A DNA stretch of 22,279 nt from Candidatus Bipolaricaulia bacterium (GTDB taxonomy: Bacteria; Bipolaricaulota; Bipolaricaulia; JBHIAT01), in assembly GCA_046758705.1 (NCBI GenBank), contig JBHIAT010000045.1:1-22279 (forward strand), in the 5' to 3' direction. Under the pieces are notes generated by a model, which searched no databases, was not told where the DNA came from, and saw only the letters and a program-made list of their open reading frames with translations. Made by a program: the position numbers and the translations under genes. The number at the start of each line of letters is the position of its first letter. Within the stretch, counting starts at the first letter, position 1. Shown in pieces: positions 8,556-18,155 of the stretch.

Positions 8556-9710
8556 CTAGAGCCCGTGATTATCGATATAGTGGCGAGCTTGGGCACGGAG
8601 GTTAAAGTCTGTATGCTGGCTCAAGTCAATAATGGCGGCGATGGCATCCGGGCTGAGCGTGCCTGCTATCGGATCAGACATCTGATTCAACGCAGAGATG
8701 ACTCCAAGGAGGAGATGGTAGGAGCTATTAGGATTTTCCAACACCTCTTGGATCCAGGGCAACGCCGCTCGACCTCGGCTCGCAAGGTCGGCACGAGCAT
8801 CGAGGCGGATGATCAGATCGTCGGATTCGAGTTGCAAGGCAAACCTGGTAATCTCCTCCGGGTGAAGGATGCCCTGTTCTTGGGCGTAGGCTGTTGCGAC
8901 GAAGAGTCTTCTGACCAGCCCTGCTCGTTCCACAGTGACTCTATTTACAAGAGCAGGAAGTTCCTCATAGTTGCTGTTGCTAGCTATCTGTGGGCAAAGT
9001 TTCTCCTGATAGTCAGGGCTGCCATTCACCGGGCAAAGCTCCTTCGTTTCATCGCTATACATTACGAACAACTTGTCTTCGTCCCGTTCGTATACGATGC
9101 GTACTATGTTGCCGTCGTAGAAGCTCGGGCGAATAGTCAGATTGTGTTTGGTCCACGACTCAGACCCAGGGCTGCTCCGGTCAAACAGGAAAGACATCAT
9201 CGTGCCGTCTTTGAGCTGCTCGGGAGTGCCAATAAGCCACTCATAGTCGAAGAGGCCCCCTACACCAGCGTAGTTACGGTGCAGGTACCAGTCTTTCGAG
9301 CGACTCAATATTTTTTCTGAGTCCTTAAGATTCTCGAACGTGCCCCGGATGGTGGAGGTGGGCTTGCTGGAGAGGTTAATTCGGGACCAGGCGTAAACGG
9401 AAAAGCCAACGAGGCCAAAGATTACAAGCCAGGTAACGAGATAGACTATCAAGAGCGGAACCTTACCTGCCTCGGATGTATTCCTCCAGGCTCGGTGGGC
9501 CTTGATCTCGACCACAAAGAGAAAAAACACGAGAAGTGCGAAGGGACCGTATGTGTAAAGGAGCTTTATCCATGTTTCGATACTTGGTTCGTCATTAGGC
9601 ATTTGAGACTCCTGAGCTTGAACAAAGACCCCTCCTCCCAGAAGGAGCAGTATCGCCAGCACAGAAATCCACTTGACACTAATGCCCCTTGCTCTAAGCA
9701 GCCTTTTCAT
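8556..9710 (-). CDS. Hypothetical membrane protein (signal peptide, two TM helices, soluble domain, C-terminal HEAT-like helices)
   Basis: Long ORF; hydrophobic segments near the N-terminus; GGAGGTG RBS favours ATG at 9710. Confidence 0.7.
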   Translation of the reverse strand: MKRLLRARGISVKWISVLAILLLLGGGVFVQAQESQMPNDEPSIETWIKLLYTYGPFALLVFFLFVVEIKAHRAWRNTSEAGKVPLLIVYLVTWLVIFGLVGFSVYAWSRINLSSKPTSTIRGTFENLKDSEKILSRSKDWYLHRNYAGVGGLFDYEWLIGTPEQLKDGTMMSFLFDRSSPGSESWTKHNLTIRPSFYDGNIVRIVYERDEDKLFVMYSDETKELCPVNGSPDYQEKLCPQIASNSNYEELPALVNRVTVERAGLVRRLFVATAYAQEQGILHPEEITRFALQLESDDLIIRLDARADLASRGRAALPWIQEVLENPNSSYHLLLGVISALNQMSDPIAGTLSPDAIAAIIDLSQHTDFNLRAQARHYIDNHGL

Positions 9711-9903
9711 CTTCATCACCTCCCCGCCGCAGACCGACGGTCGGGGTCAGGCGCAGGCCCAACCCAACGAGAAAGCGGGCAGCCCACTCACGCCAGCGAG
9801 AGCTCCGCGGTATCTCAGCGGCTATCCTGCTTTCCTCCGCCTCGCGAAGCAGTTGCTCGTGCCTCTGCTTCACCAACTGGTACAACAACTCCGGATGGTG
9901 CAT
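9694..9903 (-). CDS. Small hypothetical protein (69 aa) divergent from the SARP regulator
   Basis: AAGGAGGT RBS upstream; MHHPELLYQLVKQRHEQLLREAE..R helical pattern; overlaps the start of the next gene. Confidence 0.7.
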   Translation of the reverse strand: MHHPELLYQLVKQRHEQLLREAEESRIAAEIPRSSRWREWAARFLVGLGLRLTPTVGLRRGGDEDEKAA

Positions 9904-9971
9904 GGTTTGACCTCCTTACCAATTCGAATTCACTAAGGTCGGTAGGAAGTCTATCGTGTGGAGGTCGAAAG

Positions 9972-10051
9972 ATTGTCAACGCGCATTGTCAAAAATTGTC
10001 AAACCGGTTGTTACATTTTGTTTGACACGGCTCTTCACGCGGAGATATATT
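9972..10051. promoter_or_regulatory. Divergent promoter region with ATTGTCAA direct repeats and a plus-strand sigma70-like promoter
   Basis: ATTGTCAA at 9972, 9985, 9995; TTGACA 10022-10027, 18 nt, TATATT 10046-10051. Confidence 0.65.
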
Positions 10052-10078
10052 GAACCATCGCGATGTCGGGGGCCCATC

Positions 10079-13000
10079 ATGGGGTTACGGGTGCAACTCT
10101 TCGGATCGTTCCAGCTCTGGAGAAATGATGAGCTAATCCAGCCAGAAGCCTGGAGAGGCCACAAAGCCCAAGCTCTGTTTAAGATCCTGCTCACCGAACC
10201 CGGTCGCCCCTTCACCCAGGATCAACTCATCGATTGGCTGTGGCCTGACACCGATCCCGATAAAGCGCGTCACAATCTTCGATCTCTGATCACCCGGGTG
10301 CGTCGTATCCTGGAGCCCGAGCTCAAACGCGGTCCGCAATCCCAATATATCCTCACCCGTCCGTCCGGCTATGGCTTCAACGCCCAAGCCGACTGTGTCA
10401 TCGACTCCCAAGCCTTCGAAGGCCACCTAAACCAAGCCAGGCAGCTGGAATCAAAGGACCAATTCGAAGGTGCCATTCAGGAATATCAGCAGGCAGTGGC
10501 TCTCCACCAGGGAGAATTCCTCGCTGAGGATCGCTACGAGGACTGGGCCATCCCTCATTCGGAAAGATGGCAACAGATCTATCTCGACGCCCTGTCCCAA
10601 CTGGCCGAATGCCATGCCCGCTTGGGCCAATACCGAAGAGCGATCGCCCGTTGCAACCAGATCCTGACGGTCGAGTCGTATCGCGAGGGGACCTACCGGC
10701 TATTGATGCTTTACCACTATCTAAACGGTGACCCAGACCAGGCGATCCGGATCTATGAGCGGTTTCGAACCTTGTTACAGCAGGAACTGAATACCGAACC
10801 TCTTCCTGAAACCCAACAGCTCTACCAGCAGATTCTCGATCGGGAGATCTTGGGGATCGATGACCTCTACCGGCCGGTCTCGGTGGTGGAGCGCACCCCG
10901 ATCCCGACGTTGTTGAAACGGGTCCCGTTTGTGAGTCGGGAGCAGGAGTATGGGGAACTGGTCAGTCATTTAGAGGAGGTGAAGAACGGCAGCGGGAGAA
11001 TGGTTCTGGTCTTCGGGGAGGCCGGGATCGGCAAGACCCGCCTGGTCGAAGAGCTCATCCGCTACGGGCAACATCAACATCGAGTGCGAGCCTTGGAAGG
11101 ACGTTGTCATGAGTTGAATATGAGTCTGTCGTATCAGCCGTTGATCGATGCGATCCGAGAGGAACTGCCTCGGCTGGCTCACACTCCCGAAGTGTTGCAA
11201 CCCATCAACCCGCTGTGGTTGGCTGAGGTGGCTGACCTGGTGCCTGAGCTGCGCGACCTGGTCCCAGACCTGCCTGACAATTCGTCCTTGCCCCTGGAGT
11301 TGAAACGGAACTATCTATTTGAGGGCCTGACTCAGTTCCTCGTCGGACTGGCCCAAGCTGAGGGACTACTGGTGCTGTTTCTGGACGATCTTCACTGGGT
11401 CGACCCTTCGACCCTGGATTTTTTAGCTCTCTTTTGCGCTCGCCTCGTCAACTACCCGATCTTGATCGTCGGGACCTACCGCAGTGAGGAGGTTGAGGAA
11501 GTCCATCCGTTGATCAAATTGATCCAGCATGGAGAACGACAAGGAGTCCTGCATCGCTATGAACTGGATCATCTCTCCGAACAAGCCGTGGATCAACTGC
11601 TGAGTGAGATGTTTCCCCAATTTGACCGATCGTTTCGGGAGCGGATCTACCAAGAAACACAGGGCAACCCGTTCTTCATCGTGGCGGTGTTGCAGCACCT
11701 GTTTGAGGAGGGCCTATTACAGGTGGGAGAGGATGGCACCTGGAAGTCCACCGTCGAGAAGATCCCCACGGAGGATCGGGCACGGGCGCTGATGTTTCCG
11801 GAGATGGTGAAGGGGGTGATCCAGAGACGGTTGATGCGACTGAAGGCTGAGGAACGACGGCTGTTGCAGTTGGCGGCGGTGATCGGGGATCGGTTCGAGC
11901 TTGAACTGCTCGAACGAGCTCAGGGAGAAGCGCCCCGAGCGACCTTAGCGACTCTAGAAACGTTAGAAGGGTTAACCCAAGCCCAATTGCTGGTGGAACA
12001 AGCCGACAATGGAGGTTATGCCTTCGCATTCAGTCACGACAAGATCTGGGAAGTGGTCTACTACGATGAAATGAGTGAGGCGAGGCGGAAGTGGCTCCAT
12101 CGGCAGGTAGGGGAGGCATTGAGGCAGGTTTACGCCGATCGCCTAGAGCAGTACGGTGGGCGGATTGGGAAGCACTATGCGCGTGCCGGGGATACGGTGA
12201 AGGCGGCGGAATGGTATAGGCGGGGGAGGGCCTATCGGCAGGCGTTAGAAGCCTATAAAATCGTTCTACAAGAGGCGACAAAGCAAGAAGAACACGCGGA
12301 GCTACTGTATAAGATCGGCTACATGTACGAACTGCTTGGGGAGTATGAGCAGGCGATCGAGTATTACATGAAGAGCAACGACATCAGCGAGTCCTTGGGG
12401 AACCGGGCCGGGGTGGCTAGGGCCTATCACCATATAGGATGGGATTACTACCGCCTGGGTCGGCTGGAGCAGGCCCGGGAGTGTCTCACCGTCAGCCGGA
12501 AGATGGCCCAGGAATTGGAAGACAGGCTCCTTTTAGCCCGTACGGATCTTAGACTGGGTCCGATCGATTGGAAGGAAGGACAGTTAGAAGAGGCACGGAT
12601 ACGTTTCGAAGACAGCCGGCGCATCTTCTCCGAACTGGGCGAGCGGAGGTGGGAGGCCCAAGCCGTGGGCAACCTGGGTCTGATCTATCGTACGATGGGG
12701 GATCTGGATCGGGCGCTATCGTACTACCGCAAGGCCATGGAGATCCAGAAGAAGATCGGCGATTTGAATGGCCTGCTATACGCTTACAATAACCTGGGGG
12801 AGGTCTATCATCGGCTTGGGGATCATAGCCAAGCAGTTCATTACTATGAGCGACTTGCACAGTTGGCTCAAGACACCGAACACAAGCGTATGTTGAGCAT
12901 CGCTTACTCAGGGCTTGCCGACGCCTATCTTGCCCTGGGAGAGTCGCGACGAGCTCTGGAATATGCCCTGAAGGCGTGGCAGGTGGCCCAGGAGATCGGA

Positions 13001-13192
13001 CCCGGCTTCGAACTGGGTGTCAGTTGCCGTGTCCTTGGCGAAGTCCGGTTGGTCTTGGGGGATGCGGCTCGGGCAAAGGCGTGTTTTGAGCAAAGCATTC
13101 CGCTCCTGGAAGAGGTTAAGGAAGATGAGGAACTGGCGAAAGCCCGTCACGGGCATGAGTTGGCACTTTCCCGCTTAGGCACCGATTCTTAA
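10079..13192 (+). CDS. SARP/AfsR-family transcriptional regulator: wHTH-BTAD, AAA/STAND ATPase, TPRs
   Basis: LRVQLFG, QDQLIDWLWPD, LHQGEFLAE..YEDW, YRLLM; Walker A GEAGIGKT, LFLDDLHWVD, TQGNPFFI; C-terminal TPRs; ATG 10079 matches the usual domain start. Confidence 0.92.
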   Translation: MGLRVQLFGSFQLWRNDELIQPEAWRGHKAQALFKILLTEPGRPFTQDQLIDWLWPDTDPDKARHNLRSLITRVRRILEPELKRGPQSQYILTRPSGYGFNAQADCVIDSQAFEGHLNQARQLESKDQFEGAIQEYQQAVALHQGEFLAEDRYEDWAIPHSERWQQIYLDALSQLAECHARLGQYRRAIARCNQILTVESYREGTYRLLMLYHYLNGDPDQAIRIYERFRTLLQQELNTEPLPETQQLYQQILDREILGIDDLYRPVSVVERTPIPTLLKRVPFVSREQEYGELVSHLEEVKNGSGRMVLVFGEAGIGKTRLVEELIRYGQHQHRVRALEGRCHELNMSLSYQPLIDAIREELPRLAHTPEVLQPINPLWLAEVADLVPELRDLVPDLPDNSSLPLELKRNYLFEGLTQFLVGLAQAEGLLVLFLDDLHWVDPSTLDFLALFCARLVNYPILIVGTYRSEEVEEVHPLIKLIQHGERQGVLHRYELDHLSEQAVDQLLSEMFPQFDRSFRERIYQETQGNPFFIVAVLQHLFEEGLLQVGEDGTWKSTVEKIPTEDRARALMFPEMVKGVIQRRLMRLKAEERRLLQLAAVIGDRFELELLERAQGEAPRATLATLETLEGLTQAQLLVEQADNGGYAFAFSHDKIWEVVYYDEMSEARRKWLHRQVGEALRQVYADRLEQYGGRIGKHYARAGDTVKAAEWYRRGRAYRQALEAYKIVLQEATKQEEHAELLYKIGYMYELLGEYEQAIEYYMKSNDISESLGNRAGVARAYHHIGWDYYRLGRLEQARECLTVSRKMAQELEDRLLLARTDLRLGPIDWKEGQLEEARIRFEDSRRIFSELGERRWEAQAVGNLGLIYRTMGDLDRALSYYRKAMEIQKKIGDLNGLLYAYNNLGEVYHRLGDHSQAVHYYERLAQLAQDTEHKRMLSIAYSGLADAYLALGESRRALEYALKAWQVAQEIGPGFELGVSCRVLGEVRLVLGDAARAKACFEQSIPLLEEVKEDEELAKARHGHELALSRLGTDS

Positions 13193-13213
13193 TCTTGAAA
13201 GGAGGTAACAACC

Positions 13214-13753
13214 ATGAATAAGGTGAGCCGAGTTCTCAGAGGTGTGAACGGGACTGCGGCTGGGAGACGGATGTTGTTCGTCTCCCTGGTGGTTCTCATG
13301 GCTCTCAGCCTGATGGCTGCTTGGGGACAATCCACGCTGGGGCAGTTCGTGATAACGGTTCTTGAGGAGGAAGTGGAGGGAGCGGGGGGGTTATTGGTGA
13401 TCGTAACGGTGCCTCAGCAGCACATAGGTACAGGAAAGGTGCGATTCGTGAGGAAGCCTTTGGGAACGCTGGAAGAGATAGGGATGGGATCAGACGATTT
13501 CACGCCCAGGTGGTTGGTGGCCAGAATCGCGTTGTTAGACGACGAAAGTGGCAGGCCTCTGAGAGAATTTGCTCCCGTTATCATACTCCAGGTAGAACTC
13601 CCAGATGGGGTGGAGCGTGCCAATTTGGGCTTCTATAACGGCCTACAATGGGTACCCTTCGAAGGTGTTCAATTCAGAGACGGGTTCGGCGTTGTCCAGA
13701 TCGAGAGATGGGAGTTCCTCAAGGACGATCCTCCTATCGCTTGGGGTGAGTGA
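13214..13753 (+). CDS. Hypothetical exported protein
   Basis: AAGGAGG RBS; N-terminal hydrophobic signal; beta-rich body ending DDPPIAWGE. Confidence 0.7.
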   Translation: MNKVSRVLRGVNGTAAGRRMLFVSLVVLMALSLMAAWGQSTLGQFVITVLEEEVEGAGGLLVIVTVPQQHIGTGKVRFVRKPLGTLEEIGMGSDDFTPRWLVARIALLDDESGRPLREFAPVIILQVELPDGVERANLGFYNGLQWVPFEGVQFRDGFGVVQIERWEFLKDDPPIAWGE

Positions 13754-13779
13754 TAGGCACGTTGGTGAGACCTCTTCGC

Positions 13780-14556
13780 TTAGGGATGGAGCCCGTTCCA
13801 GATCATGTTCCCGGCGGAGTAGAGCATCACCACTCCAAAGAGGCGTCGCAGGAAGATCTGAGGGACGCGAACCGTGGTCGATGCCCCCAGCTGCGCCCCA
13901 ACGATGATCCCCAGCCCCAACAGCAGGGCCAGATTGAGGCGCAGATTGTCCAACAGCGCGTGCTGGATCGAGCCGATGAGCGCCGAGGGCCCCATCACGA
14001 ACAGACTGGTGGCCACCGCTGCCACAATGTCCACACCGAGTACCAGTGTGAGCGATGGGACCATGACGATCCCACCTCCGATGCCGAAGAAGCCTGCCGC
14101 CGTGCCGGCGAACAGCCCGACCACGACCACCGGGGGCCAGCGGTAGATGATCCGACCGTCGGCTGTGTGCCGCTGGAGTTTGAGCGCCAGCTCTTTCGGG
14201 GTCTTATTCCACAGCATGAGTCCGGCGACGTAGATGAGTATCACCCCAAAGGCCATCGACAGGCCTTCGCTCGAGATGAACTCGGTGAGATAAGCGCCCA
14301 GCCACGCCCCTGCGATCGACCACGGTATCAGCATCAATCCCAACCGAAAATCCAAGACACGCTGGCGGGCATAGCCTACCGTGCTGGACAGGCTGGTGAA
14401 GACGATGGCCCCTAGACTGGTCCCCACAGCGATCTGGGTCGTGTCCACGTAGAAGAGCGCCAACAGCGGGACCATGAAGATCCCGCCTCCCACGCCGATC
14501 ATGCTGGCCACCCAGCCGATGGGTATCGCGATGAAGCTAAGCAATACCAGATCCAA
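13780..14556 (-). CDS. Sulfite exporter TauE/SafE family membrane protein
   Basis: Duplicated G.GGG...VP motifs (GVGGGIFMVP, GIGGGIVMVP), AVGTSL / AVATSL. Confidence 0.9.
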   Translation of the reverse strand: MDLVLLSFIAIPIGWVASMIGVGGGIFMVPLLALFYVDTTQIAVGTSLGAIVFTSLSSTVGYARQRVLDFRLGLMLIPWSIAGAWLGAYLTEFISSEGLSMAFGVILIYVAGLMLWNKTPKELALKLQRHTADGRIIYRWPPVVVVGLFAGTAAGFFGIGGGIVMVPSLTLVLGVDIVAAVATSLFVMGPSALIGSIQHALLDNLRLNLALLLGLGIIVGAQLGASTTVRVPQIFLRRLFGVVMLYSAGNMIWNGLHP

Positions 14557-14579
14557 TTAACTGTTCCCCTGTCTCCTTT

Positions 14580-16154
14580 TTAATAACCCTGAGCGCAGCC
14601 GTCGCCGCGCGGGTCAGAACCGCCCAGCAACACTCCGCTCTCGGGATCGATCACGATCGCCTGGGCTCCACCGAAGTTGCCATCGCCCGCGATCAGCTCG
14701 TGGCCTCGAGTTCGCAGTCGTTCGCGCACCTGTTGGGAAATGCTCTGTTCCAACGCGACCCGATTCCCCTCGAAGAAGTTAAACCTCGGTATCTCGATCG
14801 CCTGTTGCAAATCCATTTGGTGATCGATGAGGTTGCAAAGCAGCTGTAGATGCCCCTGAGGTTGCATGAAGCCGCCTACCACCCCAAAGCTCATCCATGG
14901 CGTTTCGCCTTGAAACACCATCGCCGGGATGATGGTGTGATACGGACGCTTTCCGGGTTCCAGGTGATTCGCATGGCCGGGATCCAGCGAGAAAAGGCTG
15001 CCGCGGTTCTGAAGCAATATACCGGTATCGCCAGCGGTGACCCCCGAGCCGAACGACATAAAAAGACTCTGAATAAATGAGGCCACATTGCGCTGCTCGT
15101 CCACGACGGTGATGTAGACGGTGCCGCCTTCGGGCAAGCCGTGAACGACACCGGGACTCGCTCTCTCTTGGATGAGCGTTTTCCGCTGTGCGGCATACGC
15201 TTTGGACAGCAGTGGCTCGATGGGGACGTCCTCGAACTCCGGATCGGCAATATAATGCATTCCGTCCGCAAACGCCAGCTTGATCGCCTCGATGAGCGTA
15301 TGCAGATACTGAGCCGAGTTATGCTCCAGCTCGGCCAGATCGAAGCCTTCGACGATGTTCAACGCCAACAGGGTGATCAGGCCCTGGGTGTTGGGCGGAA
15401 GCTCATACACGGTAAAGCCGCGGTAGGGGATACTGATGGGATCGATCCATGTAGGTTCATCATGTCTCAGATCGTTCAGTGACAGCAAGCCGTCGTGCTT
15501 TTCGGACTCTTTGACGATCTGCTCAGCGATCTCGCCTTCGTAAAAGGTGGCGATCCCGTCCCGAGCGAGCTGTCGGAAAGTGCGTGCCAGATTGGGGTTC
15601 TTGAAGAGCTGACCCGGCCTCGGTGCCTGACCGTCGATCAGATAATTTTCCGCTGTGCTTTCATGTTGCTTGAGCTTCTCTTCCCTCATCTGCCAGCCAC
15701 GGCTGATGATCTCCGTGACAGGGAAGCCGTTCTGAGCATATTCGATCGCAGGCTGGAGCAGTTCTGAAACGGACTTCGTTCCGAATTCTTTTAAGAGTGC
15801 CTCCCAACCGTGGGGCGCTCCGGGCACCGTCACGGTGAGGATGCCGTCTTCGGGCATCTTGGTGAATCCTCGGTTTTGGTACGCCTGCACCGTGGCGTTC
15901 TCCGGGGCGCGGCCGCTGGCGTTCAGGCCGACGAGTTTTTCAGACGGGGCGTGATAGACGAGCGCGAACAGATCTCCACCGATGCCGGTGCTCATCGGCT
16001 GAACGACGTTTAATACCGCGGCGGCGGCAATCGCTGCATCGACGGCGTTGCCCCCTGCTTTTAAAATGTCCAATCCAGCTTGGACGGCTAACGGTTGGCT
16101 GGTTGCGACCATCGATTTGGGGCTCATCACCGTCGAGCGACCGACGCGTCTCAT
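14580..16154 (-). CDS. ggt: Gamma-glutamyltransferase (Ntn hydrolase)
   Basis: GGNAVDAAIA, TGIGGDLF, TVPGA, nucleophile Thr in GGTVYITVVD, PGKRPYHTIIP, GGFMQPQGH, GSDPRGDG; ATG 16154 overlaps the upstream stop (ATGA). Confidence 0.93.
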   Translation of the reverse strand: MRRVGRSTVMSPKSMVATSQPLAVQAGLDILKAGGNAVDAAIAAAAVLNVVQPMSTGIGGDLFALVYHAPSEKLVGLNASGRAPENATVQAYQNRGFTKMPEDGILTVTVPGAPHGWEALLKEFGTKSVSELLQPAIEYAQNGFPVTEIISRGWQMREEKLKQHESTAENYLIDGQAPRPGQLFKNPNLARTFRQLARDGIATFYEGEIAEQIVKESEKHDGLLSLNDLRHDEPTWIDPISIPYRGFTVYELPPNTQGLITLLALNIVEGFDLAELEHNSAQYLHTLIEAIKLAFADGMHYIADPEFEDVPIEPLLSKAYAAQRKTLIQERASPGVVHGLPEGGTVYITVVDEQRNVASFIQSLFMSFGSGVTAGDTGILLQNRGSLFSLDPGHANHLEPGKRPYHTIIPAMVFQGETPWMSFGVVGGFMQPQGHLQLLCNLIDHQMDLQQAIEIPRFNFFEGNRVALEQSISQQVRERLRTRGHELIAGDGNFGGAQAIVIDPESGVLLGGSDPRGDGCAQGY

Positions 16155-17068
16155 CGTCTCACCTCTTGATATTCCCGCACGTCGAAGATGTCCCGAAGCG
16201 CGTCTCCCAGGAAATTGATGCTGAGGACGGTGATCATAATGGCCAAGCCGGGGAACACGCCCAGCCACCAGGCGCGCGAGATGAAGCTGCGCGCATCGCT
16301 CAGGATCAATCCCCAGGTCGGCGTGGAGGGTTTGACGCCCAGCCCGAGGAATGAGAGCCCCGCCTCAGCGAGGATGGCGTAGGAGATGCTCACGGTCGCT
16401 TGGACGATGATGGGCGCGATCGCATTGGGCAGGATATGACGCAGCAGAATGCGTCTGTCAGAGGCGCCCCCGGACCGTGCGGCAACCACGTAGTCCTCCT
16501 CGCGGATCGAGAGCACCATGCCGCGCGCGATGCGGGCGAAGTCGTCCAGGAACGCCAGTGAGATGGCCACGATCACGTTCTGCAAACCGGTGCCGAAGAT
16601 AGCCACCAGGTAGACGGCGATGAGGAAGTTGGGAAACGCCCACTGCAGGTCGATGTAACGCATGATCACCGTATCGAGCCAGCCGCCATAGTAGCCGGCC
16701 AGCAGCCCCAACAGCACGCCGACGACCATCGCGAGCAACACCGTCGACAGACCGACAAACAACGAGATCCGTGTGCCGTGAATGATGCGACTGAACAGAT
16801 CTCGACCCAGATCGTCGGTGCCCAGCAGGTGTGTTTCAGACGGGGGCAGGAGCATCCTGAACGCCTGGTCGTTCGGATCATGGGGAGCGATGAGCGGGGC
16901 GAAGACGGCAACGACGATCAGGGCCAGTAGGACGATGAGCCCAACGGTCGCCTTCTTATCGTGCCATAGGTAGCGCAACCGGCGCCATCGACGTTGCGTT
17001 GCGACGCCGGGCCGCCCGGCGATACGTTCACGATCAGTTCCGGCAACGGCTGTTCGCGAACGGGCCAT
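16151..17068 (-). CDS. Peptide/nickel ABC transporter permease (DppC/OppC-like)
   Basis: HLLGTDDLGRDLFSR, EAA loop YVVAARSGGAS, HILPN, AEAGLSFLGLG. Confidence 0.93.
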   Translation of the reverse strand: MARSRTAVAGTDRERIAGRPGVATQRRWRRLRYLWHDKKATVGLIVLLALIVVAVFAPLIAPHDPNDQAFRMLLPPSETHLLGTDDLGRDLFSRIIHGTRISLFVGLSTVLLAMVVGVLLGLLAGYYGGWLDTVIMRYIDLQWAFPNFLIAVYLVAIFGTGLQNVIVAISLAFLDDFARIARGMVLSIREEDYVVAARSGGASDRRILLRHILPNAIAPIIVQATVSISYAILAEAGLSFLGLGVKPSTPTWGLILSDARSFISRAWWLGVFPGLAIMITVLSINFLGDALRDIFDVREYQEVRR

Positions 17069-17096
17069 GGTTCACTTTCCCTCTCCCTCTCACTAT

Positions 17097-18050
17097 TCAC
17101 TCCTCGTCGTAACGAATGCGAGGGTCGATCACCGTGTAAAGCAAATCGACGACTAAATTGACGAACACGAAGATCGCCGCGACTAACAGGATGGCGCCTT
17201 GAACGACCGGGAAATCGCGGTTGAGGATGCCCTGGATGAGCACGCGCCCCAGCCCCTTGATGGCAAAGACATTCTCGACAATCACCGCACCGGCCATCAA
17301 CAGAGCGAACGCAATCCCCAGCACAGTGATCACCGGGATGAGCGAGTTTCGAAGTGCGTGCTTGAAGATGACCCGGCCCTCGCTCAGCCCCTTGGCACGC
17401 GCAGTCTGGATGTAGTCAAACTTCATTACTTCGAGCATCGCCGAGCGGATCATGCGAGCCAAGATCGCTGAGAACGCTGTTCCGATGGCAATAGCTGGCA
17501 GAATCAGGTGGGAGAGCCACGGCCAGAAGCCCTTTGCCAGGGGCACATAGCCGATGGCCGGCAGCCAATGCAAGTTCACGGCGAAGACGATGATCAGCAG
17601 GATCGCCAGCCAGAAGTCCGGCATGCTCAACCCCAAGAACGCCGCAAACGTGAAGGTGTGATCCATGAGCGAATGCTTTTTGACGGCCGAGATGATCCCG
17701 GCGGGGATGGCCAGAAGCAAGGAGATAAAGAACGCCAGGCCGGCTAAGGCAATCGTCCGTGGCAACGCCTCACGGATAATGCGGCTCACCGACACACGGC
17801 TCCCATAGATCGAGTTCCCCAGGTCGCCTTGGAACAGGCGTCCGAACCACAGCCCATATTGGACGTAGACGGGCCGGTCCAGGCCGAGTTTGTGACGCAG
17901 CTCCTCTGCCGCCTCAGGGTCACCGACGTCAAAAAGCATGGCACGCAACGGGTCACCAGGGACGGCGCGCAGCATAAAGAAGACCAGCGTGGCTACCGCC
18001 CACATCACCACCAGCGCGTGAAACGTCCGCTTGAGGATGTAGCGATTCAT
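17097..18050 (-). CDS. Peptide/nickel ABC transporter permease (DppB/OppB-like)
   Basis: PGDP, LGLDRP..VQY, GDLGNS, YIQTARAKGL, HALRN, DLLYTVIDPRI. Confidence 0.93.
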   Translation of the reverse strand: MNRYILKRTFHALVVMWAVATLVFFMLRAVPGDPLRAMLFDVGDPEAAEELRHKLGLDRPVYVQYGLWFGRLFQGDLGNSIYGSRVSVSRIIREALPRTIALAGLAFFISLLLAIPAGIISAVKKHSLMDHTFTFAAFLGLSMPDFWLAILLIIVFAVNLHWLPAIGYVPLAKGFWPWLSHLILPAIAIGTAFSAILARMIRSAMLEVMKFDYIQTARAKGLSEGRVIFKHALRNSLIPVITVLGIAFALLMAGAVIVENVFAIKGLGRVLIQGILNRDFPVVQGAILLVAAIFVFVNLVVDLLYTVIDPRIRYDEE

Positions 18051-18074
18051 GTTGGCCTCATAGTCTAAGTATAA

Positions 18075-18122
18075 AGGGCCTCCCCCTCAAGCGACAAACC
18101 CCTTGCTCGAAGGGGAGGCTCT
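18075..18122 (-). terminator. Long stem-loop after the substrate-binding protein gene (partial terminator or mRNA stabiliser)
   Basis: Minus strand AGAGCCTCCCCTTCGAGCAA...TCGCTTGAGGGGGAGGCCCT imperfect 20-bp stem followed by TTATACTT. Confidence 0.7.
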
Positions 18123-18155
18123 CCGTCCGTCGTTTGTCGTTTCTACTCCCTGACC

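Noticed and set aside
9956-10078. Upstream GTG start for the SARP gene
   Set aside because: Runs through the promoter and repeat region; domain begins at ATG 10079
16155-16268. Upstream start for ggt
   Set aside because: Overlaps the permease by over 100 nt; ATGA-coupled start at 16154 fits better
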